NCBI GenBank assembly: GCA_964458565.1
Contig: CAYWJO010000033.1
Location: 1-39,178, forward strand
Source of the DNA: an uncultured archaeon
Lineage (GTDB): Archaea; Asgardarchaeota; Thorarchaeia; Thorarchaeales; Thorarchaeaceae
DNA length: 39,178 bases
Direction of reading: 5' to 3'
Under the pieces are notes generated by a model. That model did no database searches. It was not told the DNA's origin and saw nothing but the letters and a program-made list of their open reading frames with translations. The position numbers were made by a program, and so were the translations under genes. This document shows, piece by piece, positions 17,372 through 27,085 of this stretch; positions within the stretch are counted from its first letter, which is position 1; the number at the start of each line of letters is the position of its first letter.

Positions 17372-18181
17372 ATGTCATTATCCACAAAAATTGGAATTTT
17401 GTTATTCTGGATATTGGTCGTTGTGTTTTATGCCCTAACCATTTTAGCAGTTTCAATATCAGCGCCAGTCGGTCTAATCGGTGTTTTTGTGACTTTTATC
17501 TTTGTAATTCTACATGGATCAAGACTCTATGGATTGAGAAATACTGTCATCTTTATACTAATCACATTCGTAATATCATGGTCTCTTGAGTCCCTTAGTA
17601 TTGCCACGGGATTTCCATTTGGCTATTATTTCTACACAGGACTTGGGAAAATTGGAGAAGTCCCATGGATTATAATGCCTGCATACCTAGGAACTGGTTA
17701 CCTCTCTTGGGTGATTGCTCACACACTCCTTGACAACTACAACCAGGAAGTTAAGGGGAAAAATGTGATTCTCATCCCGATGATTGCATCATTTGTAATG
17801 GTTATGTGGGATTTATGTACGGATCCTATACTATCGACCATCAAAGGAGAGTGGGTTTGGCCAACTGGAGGATACTATTTTGGGGTTCCAATGAGCAATT
17901 TCTTTGGTTGGTTTTTCACAGTTTTCTCAATCTATCTTGTATTCGCACTCTTTCTCTCAAGATTCCGAGTAGATCAAGATGTGACATGGTCAAAGAGCAA
18001 ATCATTCTGGTTGGTTGTTCCACTCATGTATTTCGGTCTAGCCATACAATTCATCCTATCACCATTCTTCACCACAACTAATCCGACAATATATTGGTCT
18101 ATATTCCTGATTTCAATCTACACGATGGTATTCGTAAGCATCATTTCGTTGTTGCATATCAATCAGAAGTTCAATAAGTAA
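17372..18181 (+). CDS. CruF-like carotenoid biosynthesis membrane protein family
   Basis: TGFPFGYY, VPW, MWDLCTDP, WVW..G.YFGVP.SNFFGW motifs; about 7-8 TM helices. Confidence 0.85.
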   Translation: MSLSTKIGILLFWILVVVFYALTILAVSISAPVGLIGVFVTFIFVILHGSRLYGLRNTVIFILITFVISWSLESLSIATGFPFGYYFYTGLGKIGEVPWIIMPAYLGTGYLSWVIAHTLLDNYNQEVKGKNVILIPMIASFVMVMWDLCTDPILSTIKGEWVWPTGGYYFGVPMSNFFGWFFTVFSIYLVFALFLSRFRVDQDVTWSKSKSFWLVVPLMYFGLAIQFILSPFFTTTNPTIYWSIFLISIYTMVFVSIISLLHINQKFNK

Positions 18182-18267
18182 TGATTCGGGTGATGATTTC
18201 AATCACGGATGAAACTGATGCTGAGAGATTATCTAAAGATGCATTTCGACGTTTATCAACACCACAT

Positions 18268-18375
18268 TGTGCACGTATTGTACAAAATACTGATAGCATA
18301 TGGGGAGCTGTTCTTGCTCATGCAATTGCAGATATATGCTTCTTGATTGCAGTTTTTGGTGGATTAGGTTCGTAG
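18268..18375 (+). pseudogene. C-terminal remnant of a CPBP/Abi (CAAX protease-like) family gene
   Basis: IVQNTDSIWGAVLAHAIADI matches the final HxxxD/N motif of CPBP proteins. The EExxxR motif and most TMs are absent. Confidence 0.5.
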
Positions 18376-18414
18376 ATTTATATTGTAGTTTCGAATTAGA
18401 AATACGAGGACAAA

Positions 18415-18936
18415 ATGAAGAAACTCGGTATCTCGCATATAATCGCAATATCCCTCGTAACTATGATAATATGCACAATAAATTGTAATGCTGCTGAGGC
18501 ACCAACAATTTCACAGGATGGTAACAATCCGATTATAATTCTACCTTTTGAAGAGGGAACTGAGATAGCTCTGGCGGTTTACCAAGATTTTCAAGATTCA
18601 TTTGTATACGACCCAGAAGTAGAGGTTCAAGATCCTGACGGAATTACTGTTGTAATATTCATGTATAGGCCTCTAGGAAACGATTCATGGCACTCAATTG
18701 TAGGAAGTCTAATTGAAGGAACAGATACAAATGGTACATACAGAGGTGCATTCTCATGGTTCGAAACAGGAGTTGAGTTCAAGGTTTCAGCTACAGATTC
18801 ACTTGGTTATACAACAATCTCAGGATCGATATTCTATCTAATTGACCCGTTTGCAATTCATCCAGGAATCATGTTCGTGGCAGCTCTTCCGATTATAGTC
18901 ATTGCTGCACTTTGGTTACGCAGGAGTAGATCATAA
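18415..18936 (+). CDS. Secreted beta-rich (Ig-like) protein with C-terminal membrane anchor
   Basis: Signal peptide MKKLGI...CNA; VQDPDGI..V...FKVSATDSLG pattern; C-terminal TM followed by RRSRS. Confidence 0.75.
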   Translation: MKKLGISHIIAISLVTMIICTINCNAAEAPTISQDGNNPIIILPFEEGTEIALAVYQDFQDSFVYDPEVEVQDPDGITVVIFMYRPLGNDSWHSIVGSLIEGTDTNGTYRGAFSWFETGVEFKVSATDSLGYTTISGSIFYLIDPFAIHPGIMFVAALPIIVIAALWLRRSRS

Positions 18937-19863
18937 CTCATGTAGCTTCATCGCATTTTCCATATATATTTTTGACAGTGCTGATTCAGGAATGTTGAGG
19001 CCATTGATGAAAGTACCACCGGTAGCAATGGTATCGGTATCTACAAAGGGTAATGGAACGTTTCGAACATCGGTTTCGAGAAGTAGGCGTAGAGCTAAGA
19101 AACGACCATCATAGTAATTGTACTCTAGTGTTCTTGCAACACAATCGGTCGCGAATAAGATACTATCCTGATGCTTAATGATCAGCCTTCGTGCACGCTC
19201 AGGATCTTTACCAAGTTCTCGAGACATCCAGCGTGCCGAACTGATATCGACTCTCAGGTTTTTGTAAGTACTTAGCATACGGTCTAAATTATCTAATCGA
19301 TGAGGTTCGGGTTGAGCTGCAAAATGAGCAACCTGAAGTTTTAAGTTAGGACTCTTCTGGAGTCTTTGTTCTAATGCATTGATGTGTTCTTCCTTCGTGC
19401 CATACGACGCAACGTCAGAGTATCTTGTTGCAAAATAGGTGTCAGGGTCTCCGATGTGCATTATAGTCGGTATTCCGTAATCACTCAGGGTTTCAAAGAA
19501 GGAGTCGTAGACTTCGCTATTAACCGGGGGAACCGAGTCCTTACCTGCTAATCGATCAATCCAAAATGGAGCAAAGTGAACCTTCGCAACGCCATAGCCT
19601 TGGGTCTGAAGTCGTTCGATTTCAGGAATGATTTTATCCATTGTTTCAGAGAATAATATCCATCCACTGAAATATTTCGCGAAAATGAATTTGCAAGGAT
19701 AGCGATCAGAAATCCCCTTGATGTTGCTTCCATGAACAATGAGTACTGTCTTCTCAACTCCATAGGACTCACTGATTTTGATGAAAAGGGGTAAGGCTTC
19801 ATCATCAACAACGTGAGTATGAGCATCAAAGATGGGTTCTGAATAAGTGAGTCTGGAGTCCAG
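18931..19863 (-). CDS. Amidohydrolase_2 family metal-dependent hydrolase (probable CTG start)
   Basis: The frame stays open 74 codons upstream of the track ATG (19641) and includes IFDAHTH. CTG at 19863 follows AGGTG and an in-frame TGA. Also VKVH-like AKVH, MHIGDP, VAHF and FATD motifs. Confidence 0.85.
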   Translation of the reverse strand: MDSRLTYSEPIFDAHTHVVDDEALPLFIKISESYGVEKTVLIVHGSNIKGISDRYPCKFIFAKYFSGWILFSETMDKIIPEIERLQTQGYGVAKVHFAPFWIDRLAGKDSVPPVNSEVYDSFFETLSDYGIPTIMHIGDPDTYFATRYSDVASYGTKEEHINALEQRLQKSPNLKLQVAHFAAQPEPHRLDNLDRMLSTYKNLRVDISSARWMSRELGKDPERARRLIIKHQDSILFATDCVARTLEYNYYDGRFLALRLLLETDVRNVPLPFVDTDTIATGGTFINGLNIPESALSKIYMENAMKLHEL

Positions 19864-19994
19864 TTGTCACACCTACTTTTCTCATAGATGAACTGTAGAA
19901 AACTCTGTTTGTTGTGGTATAAATGAAAGACAAACCTTTTTCAGGCAATGTGTACACAAAAGCACAACCACATAGGTGGAGGAGAATATTAACA

Positions 19995-20660
19995 ATGAAA
20001 CGCGTGCCACTAGTACTGGCTACAATTGCAATTCTGTGTCTCTTTATGATTTCTCCAGTTGCAGCAGCAAATAACCAAGGTCTATCTTGGGCAGTTGCAA
20101 GTGGGGATCGTTTTAATTTTACTGTAACCACTGAAATTCCAGGTGAAGATGCTGTCAATGAAGGCTTTTATTATCTTATTGATGCAAATCCTGGAACTAT
20201 ACCCGACGATATGACAGTTTGGGCTCAGATTCCAACTATTTCAGCAGATACATTTTGGACAAATGGTTCAACCGCCTCACTTGGTTTGATAGGCGCTGAT
20301 AAATTAGCGGTACCAATAGGTAATTGGACTCTTCTTTCAGCTCTTGCAGAAGATCTGACATATCCTGGATATGAAGATATCAACGATGCAGCATATTGGG
20401 GTTATAAAGCTAGAACCGTGTTCTTCATCCCTGAGATTCAAATGAGATTGGAAGTCAAGTGGTTGAAGTCAGATGGATTCATATCCGTTGTTGACGTTTC
20501 ATTTTGGAATACAACTTCGGATTCTGAATATGGAACATTCAAAATAGCTAGACAAGGTGGGGACATTATGGCTCTCATCATGGACAACATCCTCTACATT
20601 GGTATTGGTGTTGGCATAATAGTGATCATAGGTGCAGTTGTCTGCATGCGAAGGAAATAA
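19995..20660 (+). CDS. Secreted/surface protein with C-terminal TM anchor
   Basis: SD GGAGGAG before ATG 19995; signal peptide MKRVPLVL...PVAA; N-glycosylation sequons (NFT, NGS, NWT, NTT); C-terminal TM followed by MRRK. Confidence 0.8.
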   Translation: MKRVPLVLATIAILCLFMISPVAAANNQGLSWAVASGDRFNFTVTTEIPGEDAVNEGFYYLIDANPGTIPDDMTVWAQIPTISADTFWTNGSTASLGLIGADKLAVPIGNWTLLSALAEDLTYPGYEDINDAAYWGYKARTVFFIPEIQMRLEVKWLKSDGFISVVDVSFWNTTSDSEYGTFKIARQGGDIMALIMDNILYIGIGVGIIVIIGAVVCMRRK

Positions 20661-20668
20661 GAATAACA

Positions 20669-20696
20669 GGGGCTTTCGCCCCAACTTCCTTTTTTT
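20669..20696 (+). terminator. Hairpin plus T-run terminator between convergent genes
   Basis: GGGGC-TTTC-GCCCC followed by ...ttttttt. Confidence 0.65.
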
Positions 20697-22023
20697 ATTC
20701 TAAACGGGACCAGAGATTCTTAGCTGATTCTCTTGATATACCGGATATAACCTCGTCTGGCATGAGCGTCAACTTGCGATTCTCAACAACAACTCGACCA
20801 TTGACGATAGTATGCTTCACATCTCTTCCTTTGAATGTATTAACAAGATGTCCTATTATTGATGATTTAGTAATGGGTGTGGGCACATTGGTACTATCCA
20901 GAAGCACAATATCTGCTAATTTTCCCCGCTCTAGACTGCCAATTTTATCTTGAAGGCCATAACATTTTGCCCCATTTATTGTTGCCATGCGGAATATATC
21001 ATCGGGTTCGATGATGCTTGGGTTTCTTGTTGCCAATCTATGCTGAATATACGCGACTCTCATGTTCTCAAACGGATCATATATCCAGCCATCATTCCCA
21101 ATACCTACATTGATACCAAGTTCAAGCATTTCTGGTACCGGAGCAGTCCCAACAGCATTGAGCATATTTGACATTGGATTATGAGCAACTGATGCGCCTC
21201 TTTCCGCAATAATCTCAAGTTCGCGTCGATTCAAATGGACACAATGGGCTAAAACTGTTCTTGGACCTACTGCACCAAGTCGGTCAAGGCGTTCGACTGT
21301 CCGCTCTCCATACTTCTCCAGATTGTGATATAGATCAACGAGACCTTCAGAAGCGTGAATTGTCAAATGCATCCCGAGTGTGCTAGCTTCTCTTACAGCA
21401 CGTTCGATTAATTCATCAGACACTGTGAATGAGGCGTGAATGCTCATCATGATATTGGTGAAACACTCTGATACCTGACATCTACGTGCATATGATACTG
21501 CTTCATCTAGTCCACGAGACCCTTCTTCAATAGAATGCCTTTCAGTTATTTCGAATGCTAACATTGAGCGAATACCCACACTCTCAGTAGCTTTCATAAT
21601 TGTTTCAAGACTCCCTTCAATTGAATTTGGACCTGAATAGGTATCTGCGAAGAATGTAGAACCATTCCGGAGCATATCTGCAGACGCAGATAATGCACTT
21701 GCCTTAGCATCTTCAAGGGTTAGAGCCTCATCAACAGGCCACCAGACACGTTGCAGAATCTGAGCAAAATCTGTAGGAGGTTCAATATTTAGACTCGCAC
21801 CCCTTAAAAGAATACCATATAGATGAGTGTGTGCTGTTATTAATCCAGGAATGACCACATCACCATCAGCATTGATTACCTTATCAGCTGAGCGACTTGA
21901 TTGTCCTTGACCAAGTTCAACTATCTTGTTGCCTTCAATATAGAGAAAACCATTAGAAAATATTGTCCCCTGTTCATTGCCGGTAACAATGAACGCATTT
22001 TCAATTAATACACTGTTCACCAA
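20695..22023 (-). CDS. Amidohydrolase, SsnA / MTA-SAH deaminase-like
   Basis: PGLITAHTHLY, HASFT, IHASE, LAHCVH, HNPMSN, GND, GKLADIV. Confidence 0.9.
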   Translation of the reverse strand: MVNSVLIENAFIVTGNEQGTIFSNGFLYIEGNKIVELGQGQSSRSADKVINADGDVVIPGLITAHTHLYGILLRGASLNIEPPTDFAQILQRVWWPVDEALTLEDAKASALSASADMLRNGSTFFADTYSGPNSIEGSLETIMKATESVGIRSMLAFEITERHSIEEGSRGLDEAVSYARRCQVSECFTNIMMSIHASFTVSDELIERAVREASTLGMHLTIHASEGLVDLYHNLEKYGERTVERLDRLGAVGPRTVLAHCVHLNRRELEIIAERGASVAHNPMSNMLNAVGTAPVPEMLELGINVGIGNDGWIYDPFENMRVAYIQHRLATRNPSIIEPDDIFRMATINGAKCYGLQDKIGSLERGKLADIVLLDSTNVPTPITKSSIIGHLVNTFKGRDVKHTIVNGRVVVENRKLTLMPDEVISGISRESAKNLWSRLE

Positions 22024-22072
22024 TATTCGAACCTCAGATTAGCATATACAAGGAGAGAGATTAGTGTTTTCG

Positions 22073-23536
22073 TTAAAAATCAATATCAACATAGCTGATT
22101 GTACCTTTACTAGAACGGTAAATAGTACCCTCTTTTTCTAGCTGTGTGATAATATCCTTAAAATCAGATTCTGAGAATCCTTGTTCCAAAGCACGATTTT
22201 TGAGTTCACTAAGTTGAACGTCCTTTCCTGATTCTGTAGAAACTTGTTTGAGAAGGAGAATGAGCTGATCCGCTATCGACATAGAATCATCATATGAATC
22301 AGTGGATGTTATCTCAGATATGACCGAATCAACTGAAACATCAGTACTTTCCACTTCTTTCTTCGCACTTAGCAAAGCTGCCATTAAATCAAGTTTAGCA
22401 CCTGCGTCTGTTGATGGAGTTTCTTTTTCTTGAGTCGATTCAATATCAGATAGACTAACTCCCTCAAATTCTGAATCCTCATCTTCATTCATAACTGGTA
22501 TTGGATCCATTTTTTCTATCGAAACACCCAACCACTTGGAATCGATGTCTTCGTTTTTTGAAGCAGCTCTAAGAAGATGGCTTCGATATTTCTTTTCTAT
22601 GCGTTTGCGTTGATCTTCCAGATGAGTACCGTCGCACTCAACAGCGCCTAATGTGAGGAGTATACGTTCTGCGAAATTCCGGATTGCAATTCTTGAATCC
22701 GTAAGAATATAACTAAGTATCTTAAAGACTGCAGAAAATCGAGATTCTTTGATGTTAAGGTGCTCAAGAAACCTCCTTTTCACCTGCCAATCAGTGTCCG
22801 CTATAATTTCCATTACTAGACCGCTGGATGACGTTATACCAACCCGACCAATCGCCTCTGCAACAAGAGCACGATTTTTCCAATCACTACTACTTAGAAA
22901 TGGTGCTAGAAGTCTTACCGTACTTGAATCAACAATTTCACTGAGAAACGGCAATAAATCTATGCGGTCCTTCGCAGCTTGTACCGTAAGCAATTTTATG
23001 ATCTTTATCTGGTCATTCTCTGGATATGATTTAATATTGGGTAGAGAACCAGGTTTTATGTCCGCTATTCGATTCTTAATCAATTTACGAATCCAATTTA
23101 ATCCATGTTTTCCAAAGTAAGACATGATTCCAACAACAGTAGGTTGATGTTCGTTTCCTAATTTGTCTAGAACAGAAATCCAAAGAGCCTGCTCCTCTTT
23201 TGAATAGGGTGCACCATAAATTGAAAAACGCTCTTCAATTGCATGCAGAACTTGTTCTCGTTCAGCGGGATTGATTTCCTTCAATTCATCAAATAGGGCA
23301 TCGATGTAAGTTCCGAAAGCATTTTGACCTGCAAGTCTGAAAACAAGTTTTCTAATGAATGGGTCCTCCGCAGTTAGAAGGGACATTGCCTTTGGGAGAA
23401 GAGACCTAGCTATTCCTTGTTCTACAAGTGAACCTCCAGCAGAGTACATTATCTGCATGTCAGGAGAATCTAAATTGCGAGCGATACTGGCTAGTTTCTT
23501 TATCTCTGCAAGTTCAGGATGTTTTATCCTTGACAA
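22073..23536 (-). CDS. HEAT/alpha-solenoid repeat protein with acidic linker and C-terminal winged helix
   Basis: HEAT-like units (LTAEDPFIRK; FLSSSDWKNRALVAEAIG; IIADTDWQVKR; ILTDSRIAIRNFAERIL). C-terminus LSELKNRALEQGFSESDFKDIITQLEKEGTIY resembles MCM/RPA32 C-terminal WH. Confidence 0.75.
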   Translation of the reverse strand: MSRIKHPELAEIKKLASIARNLDSPDMQIMYSAGGSLVEQGIARSLLPKAMSLLTAEDPFIRKLVFRLAGQNAFGTYIDALFDELKEINPAEREQVLHAIEERFSIYGAPYSKEEQALWISVLDKLGNEHQPTVVGIMSYFGKHGLNWIRKLIKNRIADIKPGSLPNIKSYPENDQIKIIKLLTVQAAKDRIDLLPFLSEIVDSSTVRLLAPFLSSSDWKNRALVAEAIGRVGITSSSGLVMEIIADTDWQVKRRFLEHLNIKESRFSAVFKILSYILTDSRIAIRNFAERILLTLGAVECDGTHLEDQRKRIEKKYRSHLLRAASKNEDIDSKWLGVSIEKMDPIPVMNEDEDSEFEGVSLSDIESTQEKETPSTDAGAKLDLMAALLSAKKEVESTDVSVDSVISEITSTDSYDDSMSIADQLILLLKQVSTESGKDVQLSELKNRALEQGFSESDFKDIITQLEKEGTIYRSSKGTISYVDIDF

Positions 23537-24433
23537 TTATTTCTTCCACCCACTCTTCATTTTCTTCTTTTCGCGTCTCTTTGCAGCTCTTTCGCGAGGT
23601 TTTGATTTGGATTTGGTTTGCGGTTCTTCGAAAAATTCAGTTAATGGCTTTTGCACACCCTCTATTTCCTTCTCTTTCTCCCTTTCATGGGGTATTTCAA
23701 TATCTTCAACAGGTTTACCGTTGAGTGTGACTTGTTCTGTAGGACCTGTCGAGATTTCAACATCACTACTTTCAAGTTCTAATTCCACTAGTGTTAGATC
23801 TAATGCTTCCTGAAGCGTTGTGAAGCGTGGATCTGTACTCGTCAGTTCATCTTCAGATATTCCTTGTTCACGTAGTAACTTGCGTCCAATCTTAGATCGA
23901 TGGAGTTTCTTGAGCAGAAGGTATTCAGTTCCCTTTCTGTTCTCAATTTCTGGCCGACCCCTCCTAAATACCTCAATCTGAGATTCGACCAAGTCAGCTA
24001 CCAAGTATGAAAAACCGTCATGCTCAAGACCTTTTGCATCTAAATGATAAACATCCAACTTTGATATCAACCGCGAAATGAGCATCGAGCAATGGGACCG
24101 TATCTTTCGTCTTGCTTCTTTCCATGATTTTTGTTTTGTAAAAATCTCAATCAATTCTTCAGTTGGAACATCAAGAGCTAAGCTAAGGGAGAGCATATCG
24201 AGTGCACCAAAAAAAGAATCTCGAACTAACATCAGGTTTTTAGGTTTCTCATCATCTTCAATTACATCATCAAGAATTGAATGGATTCTATGCCAAGGGT
24301 GAAGTTTCTTGTCTTGAAAGAAGGTGGTTAGCGACTTAGTAATTCCAAAAATATCACCCCGTCGACTAAGCTCAAGGGTATTTTGTAGGAATTTCAAATC
24401 CGATTTCCTTACAGATATACCCTTTTTAGGCAG
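23537..24433 (-). CDS. Hypothetical protein with C-terminal PIP box and basic tail (probable CTG start at 24433)
   Basis: QKPLTEFF at 23630-23653. The frame extends 12 codons upstream of the track TTG to CTG CCT AAA, preceded by AGGAGA. The stop abuts the next start (TAA-TTG). Confidence 0.75.
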   Translation of the reverse strand: MPKKGISVRKSDLKFLQNTLELSRRGDIFGITKSLTTFFQDKKLHPWHRIHSILDDVIEDDEKPKNLMLVRDSFFGALDMLSLSLALDVPTEELIEIFTKQKSWKEARRKIRSHCSMLISRLISKLDVYHLDAKGLEHDGFSYLVADLVESQIEVFRRGRPEIENRKGTEYLLLKKLHRSKIGRKLLREQGISEDELTSTDPRFTTLQEALDLTLVELELESSDVEISTGPTEQVTLNGKPVEDIEIPHEREKEKEIEGVQKPLTEFFEEPQTKSKSKPRERAAKRREKKKMKSGWKK

Positions 24434-24785
24434 TAGAAGTCATCTCCTTAACTGTTAGTTACTCACAATTCTATCGTTAATGCTTTTCTATGATTGTGTT
24501 ATTGATTTAACGAAATCTAGGATTTAATGTTATCAAGATATCTGAATTTAAATTTGGTATGATTTGAATCATTTGAGAGATTATTTTACAATATGAGAAA
24601 TCATGAACATGAATTGATAATACCGAAGACACCTTATTTTGTGAAAACCGGGTATTGGATGAGAGACCTCTCGAGAAAAAATATGGAATTAGTGACTTTT
24701 ATCACCAGAAAATAACAACCATTATTAATAATATGCAAATTTCGATATTAAATTCCAATAAAAACAAGAATAGAGGAGTAATAGA

Positions 24786-25913
24786 ATGTATTCTGAAATT
24801 ACTTCTGAATTAATATCAGAGAGCTGGCCAACACTTAGTTCGATGACTTATTTGAATACAGCCTCAACAGGAATACCAACAGAACAATCCATTGAGGGAA
24901 TGATTGAATATATGAGGGCTCGGACTGAAGGTAGATGGAGTTACACTAATACAGAAGATCTATACAGGGATATTAGAGAATATCTTGCTCATCTCTTAGG
25001 AGGAGATGCCAGTGAATATGCATTCATACCAAGCACATCTGTTGGAATCAATTCATTTGCGTATGCAATCGATTATCCTCCCAATTCAAACATTGTGATA
25101 TGCGATCTTGAGTTTCCATCAAATTATATTCCTTGGCAAAATCTCTGTAAACATCAAGGTATAGAATTGAGAGTTGCAAAATCAGTGAATGGCGCAGCTC
25201 CAATTGATAGTTTTCTAGGTCTTATTGATGAAAATACACGAGTTGTTGCAGTAAGTCATGTACAATTCAGTACAGGTTACAAAAGTGATTTGAAATCTCT
25301 TTCCAATGCAATTCATGCACAGAATGGGTATCTAGTTGCGGATATCATTCAATCAGCAGGTGTCATTGATTTTGATCTTACGAAGGAGAATGTCGATTTC
25401 GCTGCTTCTCAAGCTACCAAATGGTTAGCAGGACCAATAGGGGCAGGTTTCATCTTTGCAAGTAGGAGAATTTGGAAGGATCTTCATCCAAAATTCGTAG
25501 GCTGGAAGAGTGTCAAGAACCACCGAGATTTCGGTTTCTTTGAAAGAGAATTGTTAGACGATACATCCATGTTTCATGCAGGTTCCCCTCCAATGGCGAT
25601 TTATGCTGGATTCCGTGAATCGCTCAAGATCCTCCTTAGCATAGATGGAAAGCAGAGAGAGAAGAAAGCAATTGAGAATGCAAACTACCTCAAGAAACGC
25701 TTAACTGAGGAAAACATAAACCACTATGATTTTGGGATTAATAATAGCTCACCTATTATATCTGCTAGACCTGACGGAATTGACAACCTAGAAGAGACTC
25801 TTAGAAAAGATAGAATCTATTGTTCCGTTAGGTACGGTAGATTGAGGATATCTCCTCATTTCTATAACAATTTTGAAGAAATTGATATCTTAATTGATAA
25901 GTTAAAATCATAA
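24786..25913 (+). CDS. Class V PLP aminotransferase / cysteine desulfurase-like enzyme
   Basis: YLNTAS, EFPSN, VSHVQ, DIIQSAG, KWLAGP, RISPHFYN. The SufS/IscS catalytic-Cys loop is not recognisable. Confidence 0.9.
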   Translation: MYSEITSELISESWPTLSSMTYLNTASTGIPTEQSIEGMIEYMRARTEGRWSYTNTEDLYRDIREYLAHLLGGDASEYAFIPSTSVGINSFAYAIDYPPNSNIVICDLEFPSNYIPWQNLCKHQGIELRVAKSVNGAAPIDSFLGLIDENTRVVAVSHVQFSTGYKSDLKSLSNAIHAQNGYLVADIIQSAGVIDFDLTKENVDFAASQATKWLAGPIGAGFIFASRRIWKDLHPKFVGWKSVKNHRDFGFFERELLDDTSMFHAGSPPMAIYAGFRESLKILLSIDGKQREKKAIENANYLKKRLTEENINHYDFGINNSSPIISARPDGIDNLEETLRKDRIYCSVRYGRLRISPHFYNNFEEIDILIDKLKS

Positions 25914-25980
25914 GAAGATACCAGTAGATAACTAAAGATTCCACCTAACACCTCGAATAGTATAAGTATGTAGCTGGATT

Positions 25981-26940
25981 CTAACCAAGAGCACCTCGGA
26001 TTCTAGCATGTTCATTCTTGAATCTGACTTCTATAAATGAGTTTAATTCACCATATTCAGGATTATTGAGTTTCGGTTCAAGAACTGTTTTGAATTCCCA
26101 GCTTCCATCGTCAATTGGCCGCATCTGTACTAAACCAATACCAAAACGTTTTGCCTCTGTGAGTATATACTCTGCATTTGAGTCACTTCGCAAGAAATCC
26201 TCATCTTGAACCCATTCAAAAACAAGGTACGATCTATGGCAAACGACCATCATCGATGCAGCTTCGTAAACAGCGGAGAGGGTCAAATCCCCATATTTCT
26301 TAACCTCTATTGTTATTAATTCGAGAATATTTCCGGGTACAAAATCATAATTCATGATTGTGAGTATGGATAGATCTGGAATACTGGTAATACCTATTCT
26401 AGGGTATTGTTTTGCAGTAATCTCAGAGATATACAGATTCGGAGGGGAAGGTTCGTAATTGCGCTTCCATTTCCTATCAAAATATGCCTTCACAGGATCG
26501 TATAATTCTGATTCATCAGCCACACCAAGTTCAGCATCGCTATCATAAAGAATACCATTATCATTTCCTTCTTGAACACGTGCTGTACGACCGTATCTAC
26601 CACGACCGATAACTACCATACCCTCATCTATCATTTCTGCTTGTATTGCGGCGAATTCTTCTGGTGTCATGCTAAGTGGTTCGTAAATTTTATTGTTTGA
26701 AACAAACGAACCGTCACGCGGCAGTCTAGCTAAAATTTGTTGTTTTTTGGTTCCTGTTCGTCTGATAGGTCCTCCTCGACCACGACCTATTTGAGCTAAT
26801 CCGAGATCAACAAGTTCCTTCTTCGCTCGTGTATATCCAGGATCACGTAGTCCACTTAGTTTCCTTAATCGGCGATCTGTAATATAATCCAAAGACGGAG
26901 GAAGATGTTTCTCAAGTATCTGAGCACTTTCTGACAACAA
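25981..26940 (-). CDS. Tandem winged-helix + PD-(D/E)xK nuclease-like protein
   Basis: Two repeats ending GRGRGG / GRGRYG; C-terminal ESELY..PDL..IEVK..YEA..HRSYLV..GIGL restriction-endonuclease-like pattern. Confidence 0.65.
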   Translation of the reverse strand: MLSESAQILEKHLPPSLDYITDRRLRKLSGLRDPGYTRAKKELVDLGLAQIGRGRGGPIRRTGTKKQQILARLPRDGSFVSNNKIYEPLSMTPEEFAAIQAEMIDEGMVVIGRGRYGRTARVQEGNDNGILYDSDAELGVADESELYDPVKAYFDRKWKRNYEPSPPNLYISEITAKQYPRIGITSIPDLSILTIMNYDFVPGNILELITIEVKKYGDLTLSAVYEAASMMVVCHRSYLVFEWVQDEDFLRSDSNAEYILTEAKRFGIGLVQMRPIDDGSWEFKTVLEPKLNNPEYGELNSFIEVRFKNEHARIRGALG

Positions 26941-27085
26941 TAAATAACACCACTCATTAATTCATTCACTAAAAGATTCACCATATGAATTTTACTTATT
27001 TCTTTCAAACAATTATTTCTGGTAATTTTACGAATACTTTTTAATATTTGAGAATTTCGAATACAAATCTACTCTAACTCAAATG

